Below are positions 53,836 to 64,000 of a stretch of DNA of 64,000 nt, in pieces (the stretch's first letter is position 1; the number at the start of each line of letters is the position of its first letter). This DNA is from an uncultured virus (IMG/VR IMGVR_UViG_3300016467_000248) (taxonomy: Duplodnaviria > Heunggongvirae > Uroviricota > Caudoviricetes). The stretch lies in the IMG/VR virus record IMGVR_UViG_3300016467_000248. One strand, written 5' to 3'. The position numbers and the translations under genes are program-made. The notes beneath the pieces are model-generated. The model was not told where the DNA came from. It did no database searches and worked only from the letters and a program-made list of their open reading frames with translations.

Positions 53836-54206
53836 GCTTTATTCTCAGTCAGAAGTCATTACGCCGTCTTGAAGGTGTCAATCCTGCATTAGTGCAGGTA
53901 GTCAAACGGGCCATACAGATCACGCCTATCGACTTCATCGTCGTGGAGGGTCTCCGTACCAAGGAGCGCCAAGCCTATCTCTTTGAGAAAGGTGCAACCA
54001 AGACCATGAACTCAAGGCATCTGACTGGGGATGCAGTCGATCTGGCCCCCATCGTAAATAACAAAGTCTCATGGGACTGGAAGGATTTCTACCCTCTGGC
54101 TGAAGCTGTGAAGAAGGCTGCTAAAGAAGTCAAGGTTGAGGTAGAATGGGGCGGCGACTGGGAGTCTTTTAAAGACGGACCGCATTGGCAGTTACCTAGA
54201 AAATAG
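53832..54206 (+). CDS. Endolysin, peptidase M15 (L-Ala-D-Glu type)
   Basis: EGLRTKERQ...SRHLTGDAVD...WGGDW...DGPHWQ. Confidence 0.9.
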   Translation: MSFILSQKSLRRLEGVNPALVQVVKRAIQITPIDFIVVEGLRTKERQAYLFEKGATKTMNSRHLTGDAVDLAPIVNNKVSWDWKDFYPLAEAVKKAAKEVKVEVEWGGDWESFKDGPHWQLPRK

Positions 54207-54216
54207 GAGAAACAAC

Positions 54217-54393
54217 ATGCTCAAGAATTTTGGTATTGCATTAAACGAAGCCTCTACATGGCGTGGCATTGTTTACCTCTTGACCGCAGTAGGTATTCAG
54301 ATCAGCCCGGAGCTTCAAGGTGCTATTGTTACAGCAGGACTGTCCGTAGCTGCAGCAATCGGTATTTTCGTGAAAGATTCTAAAGCCGAGTAG
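54217..54393 (+). CDS. Holin
   Basis: 58 aa with EASTWRG and two TM segments; directly after the endolysin, with AGGAG RBS. Confidence 0.7.
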   Translation: MLKNFGIALNEASTWRGIVYLLTAVGIQISPELQGAIVTAGLSVAAAIGIFVKDSKAE

Positions 54394-54401
54394 GATAGCA
54401 A

Positions 54402-54812
54402 ATGCCAAGTACCTACAGCCCTAACCTCCGAATCACCCTGCAAGCCTCTGGTGAAAACGCCAACACGTGGGGCGACATCACTAATACCAATTTAGGTACG
54501 CTGATTGAGCAAGCTATTGCTGGTTATCAGGCGATTAGTGTGGCGGCTGGGGATGTGACTCTTACCGCTTTGGATGGTCTATCCGATCAGTCCCGTAATG
54601 CTATTCTTCAGTTTACTGGAACTCCGGGCGTTGCGCGAAGCGTTTACTGCCCAGCAGGGGTTACCAAAATTTATGTTCTGTACAACACATGTGGATCGAA
54701 CGTGGCTCTGTATTGTGGGACTTCTGGCTCACATGGCGCAGGCGTTACGGTGCCTACAGGTACAGCGTATCAAGTTTTTTGCGATGGCACGAATATCGTT
54801 CGAGTAAGCTAA
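54402..54812 (+). CDS. Tail structural protein
   Basis: STYS..L...GEN..TWG..TN.NL...EQAI.G. Confidence 0.65.
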   Translation: MPSTYSPNLRITLQASGENANTWGDITNTNLGTLIEQAIAGYQAISVAAGDVTLTALDGLSDQSRNAILQFTGTPGVARSVYCPAGVTKIYVLYNTCGSNVALYCGTSGSHGAGVTVPTGTAYQVFCDGTNIVRVS

Positions 54813-54813
54813 G

Positions 54814-57237
54814 ATGCCTGAAAACTCGCTCCAAGTTCTCCAGCTACGTCCGGGTGTCAACCGAGAAGGAACCAGCTATTCTGGTGAAGGCGGGTGGTAT
54901 GACTGTGACAAGATTCGTTTTCGTTCCGGCCTGCCTGAAAAGCTCGGCGGTTGGATGTGGTACGGCGAAGGATCGTATCTTGGAACCTGCAGGCACTTTA
55001 CGGAGTGGGCGTCACTTTCCAACTTTCTGCTGATTGGTGTTGGAACCAGCAGTCTGTACTACATCCTGAGCGGAGGCAAGTATTATGACATTACACCGCT
55101 CACGCGCACCGATTCATTACCCACAAATCCGCTGTATTCCATGTACAGCACGCTATCCGCGTCCATTTCAAGCACGCTGGATGTCATTCCTATCAACTCA
55201 TTGTCTGCAAATAACTTCGACCTAATAGCGCCGCTAGTTGTTCAGATTGGTAGTGAGCTAATTTATGTACCCGCTGTGGACGCAGGAAGCAGCACACTAG
55301 GGACAGCGGCCGCAGGCTGCACAAGGGGTTACCTAGGGACTACAGCGGCAACGCACACATCCGGAGACGCGGTATCTAGTTCTTGGTTAGTGGTTAAAGA
55401 CACAAGCAATGGCTCTTCCGCTGGCAGTGTTGTGAACATCTCTGGGGCGGTAAATCTTCTTGCTACAGAGTCTTCTAATATCCTAGTTACACAAGGCGGC
55501 ACGCAACTCGCTACGCAGCAAGATGTCATCTTTGATGTTTATACAGCGTCTGATATTAACGGGGAGCACACTATCACTGCGGCCAATGCGACGTACATAG
55601 CATTCGATACGGGTGTCTACTCAACGGCATCTGCGCAGGGCGGCGGTTCGGGTATGGCCGCAGCTTATTCATTACCCGCTGGGCTCTACTATCAAGGCGT
55701 GCAACAGGGGTGGGGCGCTGGCCCTTGGAACAGTGATAGAGAATGGAATCAAGCATTTATTTCCACCAATTCAATCTACCAGATGCGCTTGTGGAGCGCC
55801 CAGAATTTTGGGCAGGACTTATATTTTAACCCTCGTAACAGCGGCATATTCCATTGGGACGCCGCAACTAACCTTAATTCTGTAGGGCAAGTCACTGGGC
55901 GTGGCGTAGATATTACTAGCGCAACATTCTCAAATGTTACGTTGGATCAGATTGTCGTAGGGAATTATTATCAAATCAGGAGCGTTGGTTCGACGACACA
56001 AGCCCAATGGAATACTCTCGCTGGCACTTCGGCTGTCACATATGCCGCGGGCGATAAATTTTTCTGTGCTGATGTCATTGCGTCGGGTTATGGTACGGGC
56101 ATTGTATTTGACCCCGGCATTCCTTCTGTCGCCTCTTATACTATCTGTACTGACGAACGGCATATTGTGGCTTTTGGTTGTAACGACGCGGTGACGGAAG
56201 TTACTAAAGGAACGGCTGTTCAACAAGATACAATGTTCATCTCGTGGTGCGCTCAGGAACAACCACAGGTTTGGTGGCCGACACAGACTAATACCGCAGG
56301 GAGCTACCGCTTGACGGTAGGCAGTAAGATCATCACTGCAGCGCAGACGCGCCAAGAAACGCTGGTCTTTACGGATTTGGCGGTGTACTCCATGCAGTAC
56401 CTCGGTGCGCCGTATGTTTTTGGTTTCAACTTGATTGACCAGAACGCCACCATCGCATCACCCAATGCTTATGCTACGGCGAACAACATCACCTACTGGA
56501 TGGGTCAGGATAAGTTTTACATGTACAGCGGTAGGATGGACACCCTCCCTTGCGCATTGCGGCAATACGTTTTTGATGACATTAACAGCGATCAGCTAGA
56601 CCAAGTATACGCAGGAACAAACGAAAAATATAATGAAGTTTGGTGGTTCTACCCTTCTGGTGACTCCATAGTAAACGATAGATATGTAGTTTATAACTAT
56701 TTAGAAAATCTATGGTTCTATGGGCAAATGTCTCGTACTGCATGGTTAGATTCGTACGCCGTTGGCTACCCCCTAGGTGCTGTGCCCAATTTAGACGATC
56801 CCTTGCAGCCGTCCGGGATATCCGTAACTCACGAAGTTGGAGCTGATGATGGGTCGGTTAATCCTATCCAGCCAATTTCTGCATACATCCAGTCTTCTGA
56901 CTTTGACATTGGGCAGGGTGGCTATCAGTTCTCATTTGTTAAAAGAATCATTCCCGACATGGATTTCATTGGGTCTACGGTAAATGGTCCCAAGGCTATG
57001 ATGACTTTGACAGCGCGAAACTACCCGGGTATAGGGGTTAATACAGACCCCATGCAAGCTACGACTAGCGATGTGAATGGCACAAAAGTAGACGTGCAGG
57101 TCTATGATTATACTGAACAGGCATGGATTCGAATTCGAGGCAGGCAGCTTCAGTTTCGCATTGAGAGCTCTGATCTAGGCGTACGGTGGCAGTTAGGTAC
57201 CCCTAGGCTTCAGATTCAAGTAGACGGTAGACGGTAA
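54814..57237 (+). CDS. Tail nozzle / P22 gp10-like stabilisation protein
   Basis: 807 aa; PGVNREGT...RFR.G.PEK.GGW; beta-propeller-like; ends DGRR. Confidence 0.75.
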   Translation: MPENSLQVLQLRPGVNREGTSYSGEGGWYDCDKIRFRSGLPEKLGGWMWYGEGSYLGTCRHFTEWASLSNFLLIGVGTSSLYYILSGGKYYDITPLTRTDSLPTNPLYSMYSTLSASISSTLDVIPINSLSANNFDLIAPLVVQIGSELIYVPAVDAGSSTLGTAAAGCTRGYLGTTAATHTSGDAVSSSWLVVKDTSNGSSAGSVVNISGAVNLLATESSNILVTQGGTQLATQQDVIFDVYTASDINGEHTITAANATYIAFDTGVYSTASAQGGGSGMAAAYSLPAGLYYQGVQQGWGAGPWNSDREWNQAFISTNSIYQMRLWSAQNFGQDLYFNPRNSGIFHWDAATNLNSVGQVTGRGVDITSATFSNVTLDQIVVGNYYQIRSVGSTTQAQWNTLAGTSAVTYAAGDKFFCADVIASGYGTGIVFDPGIPSVASYTICTDERHIVAFGCNDAVTEVTKGTAVQQDTMFISWCAQEQPQVWWPTQTNTAGSYRLTVGSKIITAAQTRQETLVFTDLAVYSMQYLGAPYVFGFNLIDQNATIASPNAYATANNITYWMGQDKFYMYSGRMDTLPCALRQYVFDDINSDQLDQVYAGTNEKYNEVWWFYPSGDSIVNDRYVVYNYLENLWFYGQMSRTAWLDSYAVGYPLGAVPNLDDPLQPSGISVTHEVGADDGSVNPIQPISAYIQSSDFDIGQGGYQFSFVKRIIPDMDFIGSTVNGPKAMMTLTARNYPGIGVNTDPMQATTSDVNGTKVDVQVYDYTEQAWIRIRGRQLQFRIESSDLGVRWQLGTPRLQIQVDGRR

Positions 57238-57902
57238 TGGCCAATCGAAACCAACCCCCGTTAAACACTCTCCCCCTCCCTCCTATGGAGCATGATGTTC
57301 AGTATTTGAACAGCCTCGTGCGCTTGCTGAATAACAACTTCAACGCAATTAAAAATCCCGGTGCTTCACGAGTAACTGCGCAGGTGATGACGGACGAACC
57401 CACCCTGCCTTATGACCAGAATACGGGACAGGCGCTTGAGGATGGCACGGTTTGGAATGATGAGGGTTTTTTAAAAATCTTGCCGGAAGGGAATCCGGGT
57501 AACGTCAATGCCAACATCGTCCGTGCTTTTACGGCGGTAGAGACGCCACTCATTATTTTTGATATGGCGACGTTGTCCAAGCTGCTTGCCTACAACAGCG
57601 CGGTTACGGCGTTGGAATACAATTCAGGATCGTTGGCCACCCCCTCTGCTGACTATGTGCGTCTGGGTGACACAGGTGATGTAGACATTACGGGATCATA
57701 TTTTGTTGATGCTACGCAGGTCGTTACAAATCAGCAGGCGGCTATCCCAGATGCCACTTCTTTAGATCCTATTTCGGTTTCAGGCTCGGCTGACTTAATC
57801 ACAGGCGCGGTTACAGGCACAGCTACGACATCCTCTAATGTCGTAGGCACGGTTAATAGTATTCTTTCAGCGCTTAGAGCGCATGGGCTCATCGCAACTT
57901 AA
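57237..57902 (+). CDS. Tail-associated protein
   Basis: LPLPPMEHD.QY...L.R.L N-terminus. Confidence 0.55.
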   Translation: MANRNQPPLNTLPLPPMEHDVQYLNSLVRLLNNNFNAIKNPGASRVTAQVMTDEPTLPYDQNTGQALEDGTVWNDEGFLKILPEGNPGNVNANIVRAFTAVETPLIIFDMATLSKLLAYNSAVTALEYNSGSLATPSADYVRLGDTGDVDITGSYFVDATQVVTNQQAAIPDATSLDPISVSGSADLITGAVTGTATTSSNVVGTVNSILSALRAHGLIAT

Positions 57903-57915
57903 TAAGGAGCTTTGC

Positions 57916-58989
57916 ATGACTTACGGACCCCTTTCTTCCGCGGCTAATATCGGCACCTCGATGTTGAGCACTTATGCGGCTCCGGCTATTGAGGAATACC
58001 TGTCTGGCGCCATTGACTCGCCTTGGCTTAGAAAAGCCATTGCTGCGGGCCTGCCGGCTATTGCCGCAGGCGGGATTGGCGCTGCGACAAGCGGTGACAA
58101 GTATGGGTGGATGAACGCACTCCCTGCTGGGATTATGGGCGCAATGAGTCTTCCGGGGGATCACGGTAACGCGGCACAGCTGGCTGAAGCCAAGCGTACG
58201 ATCTCCGATGCGGATCCCTCGACAATAACCAAAGGTCAGAAGCTGGGTGCTGATACCAACGCTATTAAGCAATACGGCGGAATGCCTTCAACCGAGGACG
58301 TGTACCCAACCCCTGATATTCTTAAGGCCGCGGGCAAGTCAGAGACTCCCGCTAAGGACGTAGCAAAAGCCCCCACCGCGGGTGGCGGCGAGGACATGGG
58401 AGGAGTTTTCGGGAAGCTGATGAGCACGCCTGAAGGGAAGATGATGGTCGCCATGATGCTGGGCAATACCTTCTCTGGACTCGCTACGACCGCTGGGACG
58501 GACGCCTACTACAACAAGCTGAATCGTCAGACCAATCAGGCCAACGCCCTCGTTGGCCAGCAACAACGCGCCTATATCAACAAAGCGCTCGGGTATGCTA
58601 TGGGCGGCCCAGTGGCCCCCACTGTGGTGCGTAACCCGCAGCACATGTACCCTCAGTCAATGATACCTAAGGCTGATCCACGCACTGGTGCGTCTCAGAT
58701 AAAGCGTGAGGTGGTTACTCCGCCTGTTCAGTTCAAACACGGCGAGCTGGTTGGTCCCGGTGATGGTATGTCTGACTCAATCGAAGCCAACATTGATGGC
58801 AAGCGCAAAGCCAAGGTCGCTACGGGTGAGTACGTAGTGCCGAAGGAAGCGGCTGAGAAGTATGGCGACAAGCTGAATAAGATGATGAAAGCGGTACGTG
58901 CCGCGGCCCACCCGAAGAAGGGTGAGCAGGTTAAGCAGGACGCTGCCAAGCGCGAGTTCATCCGTCAGATGTCTGGAGTCAAGGCGTGA
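57916..58989 (+). CDS. Internal virion / DNA-transfer protein
   Basis: Gly/Ala hydrophobic N-terminus; GPGDGMSDSIEA...GEYVVP. Confidence 0.6.
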   Translation: MTYGPLSSAANIGTSMLSTYAAPAIEEYLSGAIDSPWLRKAIAAGLPAIAAGGIGAATSGDKYGWMNALPAGIMGAMSLPGDHGNAAQLAEAKRTISDADPSTITKGQKLGADTNAIKQYGGMPSTEDVYPTPDILKAAGKSETPAKDVAKAPTAGGGEDMGGVFGKLMSTPEGKMMVAMMLGNTFSGLATTAGTDAYYNKLNRQTNQANALVGQQQRAYINKALGYAMGGPVAPTVVRNPQHMYPQSMIPKADPRTGASQIKREVVTPPVQFKHGELVGPGDGMSDSIEANIDGKRKAKVATGEYVVPKEAAEKYGDKLNKMMKAVRAAAHPKKGEQVKQDAAKREFIRQMSGVKA

Positions 58990-59419
58990 GCCAAGCACTC
59001 GATCGGGGCGAGTTCGTCACGAACTTCGGCCCCGTCCTCTCTGGACTCATCGAGTCTGGAGAGGTAGACCCGGGCACACAAACCATCATTGAGTACACCA
59101 CAGACGACCTTTACGGTCGTCGGTGTCAGATCCCCGAAGGGACCATCGCCCAGACGTACGTACATCGTACGGACCATATTTCTATCTGCCTTCAAGGGAC
59201 TGTCGTTCTGATAGATCAGGACGGCGTTCGAACCAAGGTAACCGCCCCAGACGTCTTTGTTACGAGTAAGGGCACGCAGCGAGTTTTGCTTGCTGTTACT
59301 GACGTCGATTTCATCACGGTCCATTACCATCCTAATGCTGATTTGTCCAACATTGAGAATGACTTAGGATGCCGGTCTATGGCAGAATACAACCATCTAA
59401 TTTCTCATGAGGTAGAGCC

Positions 59420-59423
<4 letters not shown>
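58986..59423 (+). CDS. Cupin-fold protein
   Basis: YGRRCQIPEG...VHRTDHISICLQG...FITVH. Confidence 0.6.
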
Positions 59424-60164
<741 letters not shown>

Positions 60165-60172
<8 letters not shown>

Positions 60173-60578
60173 CGTTGGTCTTGTCAGCATAGGCGCGGTC
60201 CACGAATGGTGGGACCAAGCGGAGCCTTATATTGAAGGCTCATGCCGAGAAGCCAATACCGACCTCACTCCGCTTGAGGTCAAGATCAAAGTTTTAAGCG
60301 GTGAATGGACGCTCATTGTGGTCTTCGACGAAGACACACATCACATTGAAGGCGCCGTTGTCGTTCATGTCTACAACAGGCTGACCGATCGAGTGGCTTT
60401 CATTACCGCTATTGGCGGGAAGTTCATCACCAACGGATATTCGTTCGAAAGACTCCGGGCGCTCCTCAAGGACATGGGGGCGACGTGCATTGAGGGAAAT
60501 GTCCGAGACTCAGTGCTCAAGCTGCTAGGCAGACTGGGCTTTGTAAAGAAATCAACCACGATTACCTACACTTTGTAG
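60165..60578 (+). CDS. GNAT-like small protein of the ejection cluster
   Basis: RVAFITAIGG...GATCIEG...RLGF. Confidence 0.5.
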
Positions 60579-60586
60579 AGGTTACT

Positions 60587-61951
60587 ATGGGCAGTCCTTC
60601 TCCAGCGTCCCCGGTTACGCAAACAACCCAAATCTCCCAGATGGATCCAAGGCTGTACCAGTGGCTTTACGGTACGGCAAACTCTCCGGGACGACTGCAG
60701 ATTGCCAACGCATCTATGCTGGGTAAGACCATGCAGGGCGTGCAGAACGCCGACCCTACGGCGCTCGCGGCTTGGTATAACGTACCGAAAGGCACTGATC
60801 TGGCCCAATTCCAGTCCCACACTGGCGCTATTAACCCCGGGCAGGCGGATCCCAGCCTCATGCAGTTCCCCGGAAAGTCTGTTACTCCTCAGGACTACTA
60901 CAAGCAAGCAACCGCTGGAGAAAAGGAAGATAAAAAGAGCCCAACGTCAACCGCTATTGCGGCCGAAGGCGGAGAGTTAGATGCCTATGCACAGGGTGGG
61001 CGCCCAAAACCCAAGCCTAAAGCGGAGCAACTCGCTCAGCCTACCGCTGACTTAAACGAATATGGTTTAACTGCTTCTCAACAGAGACGGTGGGATAACT
61101 ACGAAAAAATGCGTAATTCGGGTAAGAAATTTACCCAGCAGCAGATTCGTGACTACAACTCGATGCGCGATACGCGTACTCAGTATCAGCAAGCAAATCC
61201 TAAATCTTCTTCAGGGAACACTCCGCTGTCTCTTGCTGACGCTCAGATCGGCGTAACGCCTTATTTTGACCCTCAGAAGATGCAGTCAACCAATCCCTAC
61301 TACAATCAGGCGATTGATGTTCTTCGAGGCATGGGTACTCAGCCCTCACAATATGGGCAGGCTACAGATTTGTACGGCCAAGTCGGTAAGGCGTCATGGA
61401 CTGACCCGGGTGTGGCACAGAGATACATGAATCCTTACATAGAGACGGCATTAAAGTCTCAGGAAGACCTCGCTAATCGTCAATTTGCACAACAGCAGAA
61501 TCAGCTTCGTAGTCAGGCGGCGGGTAGAGGAGCCTTTGGTGGATCCGCTTCAGCTTTAGCTGAACAAGCTTCGCAGCAGAATCAAAACTTGAATATGCAG
61601 AACCTTGTAGCCCAAGGGATGAACCAAGCCTACAGTCAAGGTATGGGGCAATTTGGTAACGAGCAGCAACAGCGTCTCGGGGCCGCTCAAGGCTTGGGCG
61701 GGATGGGAAATAGCATAGCAAACTACAACCAGAACCTTTTGCAGAACTGGGGAGCCGCAGGCAACACCCTGCAGAACCTCGCTCAGAACTACTACAATCA
61801 GCGCCAGCAGAGCGCCCAGAACATCTGGGGTGGTGTCAACACCGCGACGCAGCCGGCGACGGGCACACTGCTCGGATCTCCGTGGGGTACGTCCTATCAG
61901 GGCCAGTACCAGCAGCGTAAGAAGGGTGGCAAGCTGAGCATCAAAGTATGA
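60587..61951 (+). CDS. DNA-transfer (ejection) protein
   Basis: Gln-rich; YMNPY...GAFGGS motif. Confidence 0.65.
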   Translation: MGSPSPASPVTQTTQISQMDPRLYQWLYGTANSPGRLQIANASMLGKTMQGVQNADPTALAAWYNVPKGTDLAQFQSHTGAINPGQADPSLMQFPGKSVTPQDYYKQATAGEKEDKKSPTSTAIAAEGGELDAYAQGGRPKPKPKAEQLAQPTADLNEYGLTASQQRRWDNYEKMRNSGKKFTQQQIRDYNSMRDTRTQYQQANPKSSSGNTPLSLADAQIGVTPYFDPQKMQSTNPYYNQAIDVLRGMGTQPSQYGQATDLYGQVGKASWTDPGVAQRYMNPYIETALKSQEDLANRQFAQQQNQLRSQAAGRGAFGGSASALAEQASQQNQNLNMQNLVAQGMNQAYSQGMGQFGNEQQQRLGAAQGLGGMGNSIANYNQNLLQNWGAAGNTLQNLAQNYYNQRQQSAQNIWGGVNTATQPATGTLLGSPWGTSYQGQYQQRKKGGKLSIKV

Positions 61952-64000
61952 AAAACCCAGTCCAGAAAATGTTAAAAGCCGCGAGCCAGATGAAGAACAA
62001 TCCTCAGCTGGCTCAACGTGAAGCGCAGAGCCCGAACAAGGTCAATGCAATCGCCGCACAGATGGTCATCCCGGAGCAGCAGGCCATGCAGAATTCAAAA
62101 CCTATCCCTCACCCTGTCGGTTCAGTCCTCATGCAGAAACTCGCGCAGGCGCAGCAGGCGGCTATGGCAGCCAAGATGCCCCAGCCCAGTGAAGGCGGTA
62201 TCGCTCAGATGGCCGCCAAGGGTGGCGTGTTGAAGTTTGCGAAGGCTGGTGAAGTCCCAAAGGGGCGTAGGGGTAGGAAGAAAACTGAAACTGTGGCACA
62301 GCAAACGCAGAAAGAGGATGTGCAAAAGTTTGTGCGGGATTTTGGCGCCGGCCCGAGTTCGGCCCCGCTTACAGACCCTATGGTTGAGGCTTTTAACGCG
62401 GCAAGAAACGAATCTGTTGACACGCAAGTAGACGCCGCTAATCGTCAGAGGCAACAAGCCTTAGGCGAGGGGATTGGGAAATACCAAGAGGCGCTTGCTA
62501 AACAGGAAAGAGTCCGCCCCGAGGTGGAGGGCCTAAGGAGAATAGGAAAGAATGTTAAATCTGCGTCTACGATAACTCCTGAGCGTAAAAAACGACAAGA
62601 AGCAATTAATACGCCTAAGCCTAAGAGAGACTTTCTATCTGCTGAAGACGTATCTGAGCAAGACCAACACGCTGCGGAAAGAGAAGCGTCCCGCGCTAGA
62701 GCTAATGAAAAGCGCATTGCGGCAAGGCGTGGTGACACTAGCTTGTTACAAAGTGCTGAAAAAGCGGCGCCATTAGACCCCAGCATGGCTAAGCTAGGTA
62801 GTTTACGTAGCAAAAATATTCCTTCCGCACAAGATGTAATAAAAGGAGAAATAAGGGGCAAATCCTCCGTCATAGGCGAGAAGGGCCGAGTAGTGCCTAG
62901 ATATCCGGCGACTCCAGAGCAGAAAAGGCGACGCGCCAAGGTGTCCAGCGAGCTGGGCTTGCCCGAGAAAGGAGGCATTGCTTCTGCGGCTTCAAAAGAG
63001 GCTAGGGAATACATGGCTGGAAAAGAGCAGCCCGCAGCTCCTAAAACAGAAAAGCCAGCTCCCAAACCCGATATTTCTAGGGAAGAAGCGGATACTCGTT
63101 TGGCTTCAGCCCATGCTGAGGGACAACGTAAAAAGACTGCGCAATCCCCTGCCACCATGATGGGGGATATTAACGATGCAGCGCACAGCATTATTACTTC
63201 TAACCCGGAATGGGCGGACAAAATAGCTAAGGCCAGCGCGGAGTTCAACGCTAAAAATCCTAATGCTACGACTTCTGAGCGAGGAGCATATCTTAGGAGC
63301 ATAGCGCCGCAGGAGGCTATTGAATCTCTGCTTGGGCAACTTTCTCCCACGCTGGAAAAGCACGGCCTTCTATTCAGTAAGGAGGGCGGCATAGGCGCAC
63401 CAATGATGGAGGCTATAGATGAAGTGGCGCCAAAAGCTACCCCCCAGAGCGCGTGGAATGAGCCTAAGGATTTCAAACGCCCCGCAGCCGGACCATCTAG
63501 ATTAGGCGACACGATAGAAGGAGCTGTTAATAAAGGCGCCATGGGCTTGCAGGCCTACAGCGCTCTTGCGCCCATAGCTAACGTAGCGTTGGATCCTAAT
63601 AAATCCAAAGCAGATGTTGCGAGAGAAGCTAAGTATCAGGCTGTGCAATCGAGCCCAACTATCGGCATAGGAAGTGCCGTGGGAAGCGGAATCGGAGAGA
63701 GCATAGATAAAGTTAACGAGTGGTTGGGCCGTCCTAAAACGGACTATGGCGCTGCTCTGTCTGCGTTGGGAGCCTATGGCGGCAAAGGTTTCTCTGGGCT
63801 CACGCGCGATGTTATGCGTGGCAAGGGAGACGAGTCTCCTAACTTAACTGCTAAACAAACCCTTCCAAGCGTAGGGTCTCTAGTAGATACCGGAGTAGAA
63901 AAAGCCAAAGGCCTGTACAGCGGCATCGAGAAAGCCATGATGGACGAGCGCCTTCCCGCTGATAGAGAAAGGGAAGAAGAGTTACAAGCCCTTTTGGCGC
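61948..64000 (+). CDS. Large internal virion protein, 3' truncated
   Basis: ATG 61948 overlaps the upstream stop; reads MKNPVQKML...EGGIAQMAAKGG and appears open to the window end. Confidence 0.6.
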   Translation, partial: MKNPVQKMLKAASQMKNNPQLAQREAQSPNKVNAIAAQMVIPEQQAMQNSKPIPHPVGSVLMQKLAQAQQAAMAAKMPQPSEGGIAQMAAKGGVLKFAKAGEVPKGRRGRKKTETVAQQTQKEDVQKFVRDFGAGPSSAPLTDPMVEAFNAARNESVDTQVDAANRQRQQALGEGIGKYQEALAKQERVRPEVEGLRRIGKNVKSASTITPERKKRQEAINTPKPKRDFLSAEDVSEQDQHAAEREASRARANEKRIAARRGDTSLLQSAEKAAPLDPSMAKLGSLRSKNIPSAQDVIKGEIRGKSSVIGEKGRVVPRYPATPEQKRRRAKVSSELGLPEKGGIASAASKEAREYMAGKEQPAAPKTEKPAPKPDISREEADTRLASAHAEGQRKKTAQSPATMMGDINDAAHSIITSNPEWADKIAKASAEFNAKNPNATTSERGAYLRSIAPQEAIESLLGQLSPTLEKHGLLFSKEGGIGAPMMEAIDEVAPKATPQSAWNEPKDFKRPAAGPSRLGDTIEGAVNKGAMGLQAYSALAPIANVALDPNKSKADVAREAKYQAVQSSPTIGIGSAVGSGIGESIDKVNEWLGRPKTDYGAALSALGAYGGKGFSGLTRDVMRGKGDESPNLTAKQTLPSVGSLVDTGVEKAKGLYSGIEKAMMDERLPADREREEELQALLA

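Noticed and set aside
62445..63542. 365-aa minus-strand ORF and other long antisense ORFs in the track
   Set aside because: They lie opposite well-supported genes in strictly co-oriented arms and have no recognisable motifs.

Overview
This window is most of a tailed dsDNA bacteriophage genome with a podovirus-like, P22-like head and tail layout. The host is probably Gram-negative, since the phage uses consensus sigma70 promoters and no phage RNA polymerase is visible. It has two divergent arms that separate at about 31.2-31.4 kb. The minus-strand arm (31.1 kb to 3.8 kb) carries many small early genes, a DenV-like glycosylase, a DUF3150-like/AAA-ATPase/metallopeptidase-VWA module and a replication block (VRR-NUC, PolA, HNH-AP2, PD-(D/E)XK exonuclease, SNF2 helicase, SSB-like protein, primase-helicase). 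The plus-strand arm (31.4 kb to 64 kb, apparently continuing into 1-3.8 kb) carries terminase, portal, GroES-like protein, scaffold, major capsid, a Hef-like endonuclease, tailspike and fibre, adaptor and nozzle, M15 endolysin with holin, and internal virion proteins ending in a large polyvalent protein. The most striking unexplained signal is a 15-17 bp palindrome, RTTAGAY-N-RTCTAAY. I counted 21 copies by eye plus 2 spacing variants, all between 3 and 30.2 kb and none in 31-64 kb. They sit at gene junctions, in promoter leaders, in the putative origin and inside coding sequences. They occur together with duplicated promoter-leader modules showing covarying hairpins and boxA-like elements. 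All functional calls come from motif recognition by eye; no database searches were run.
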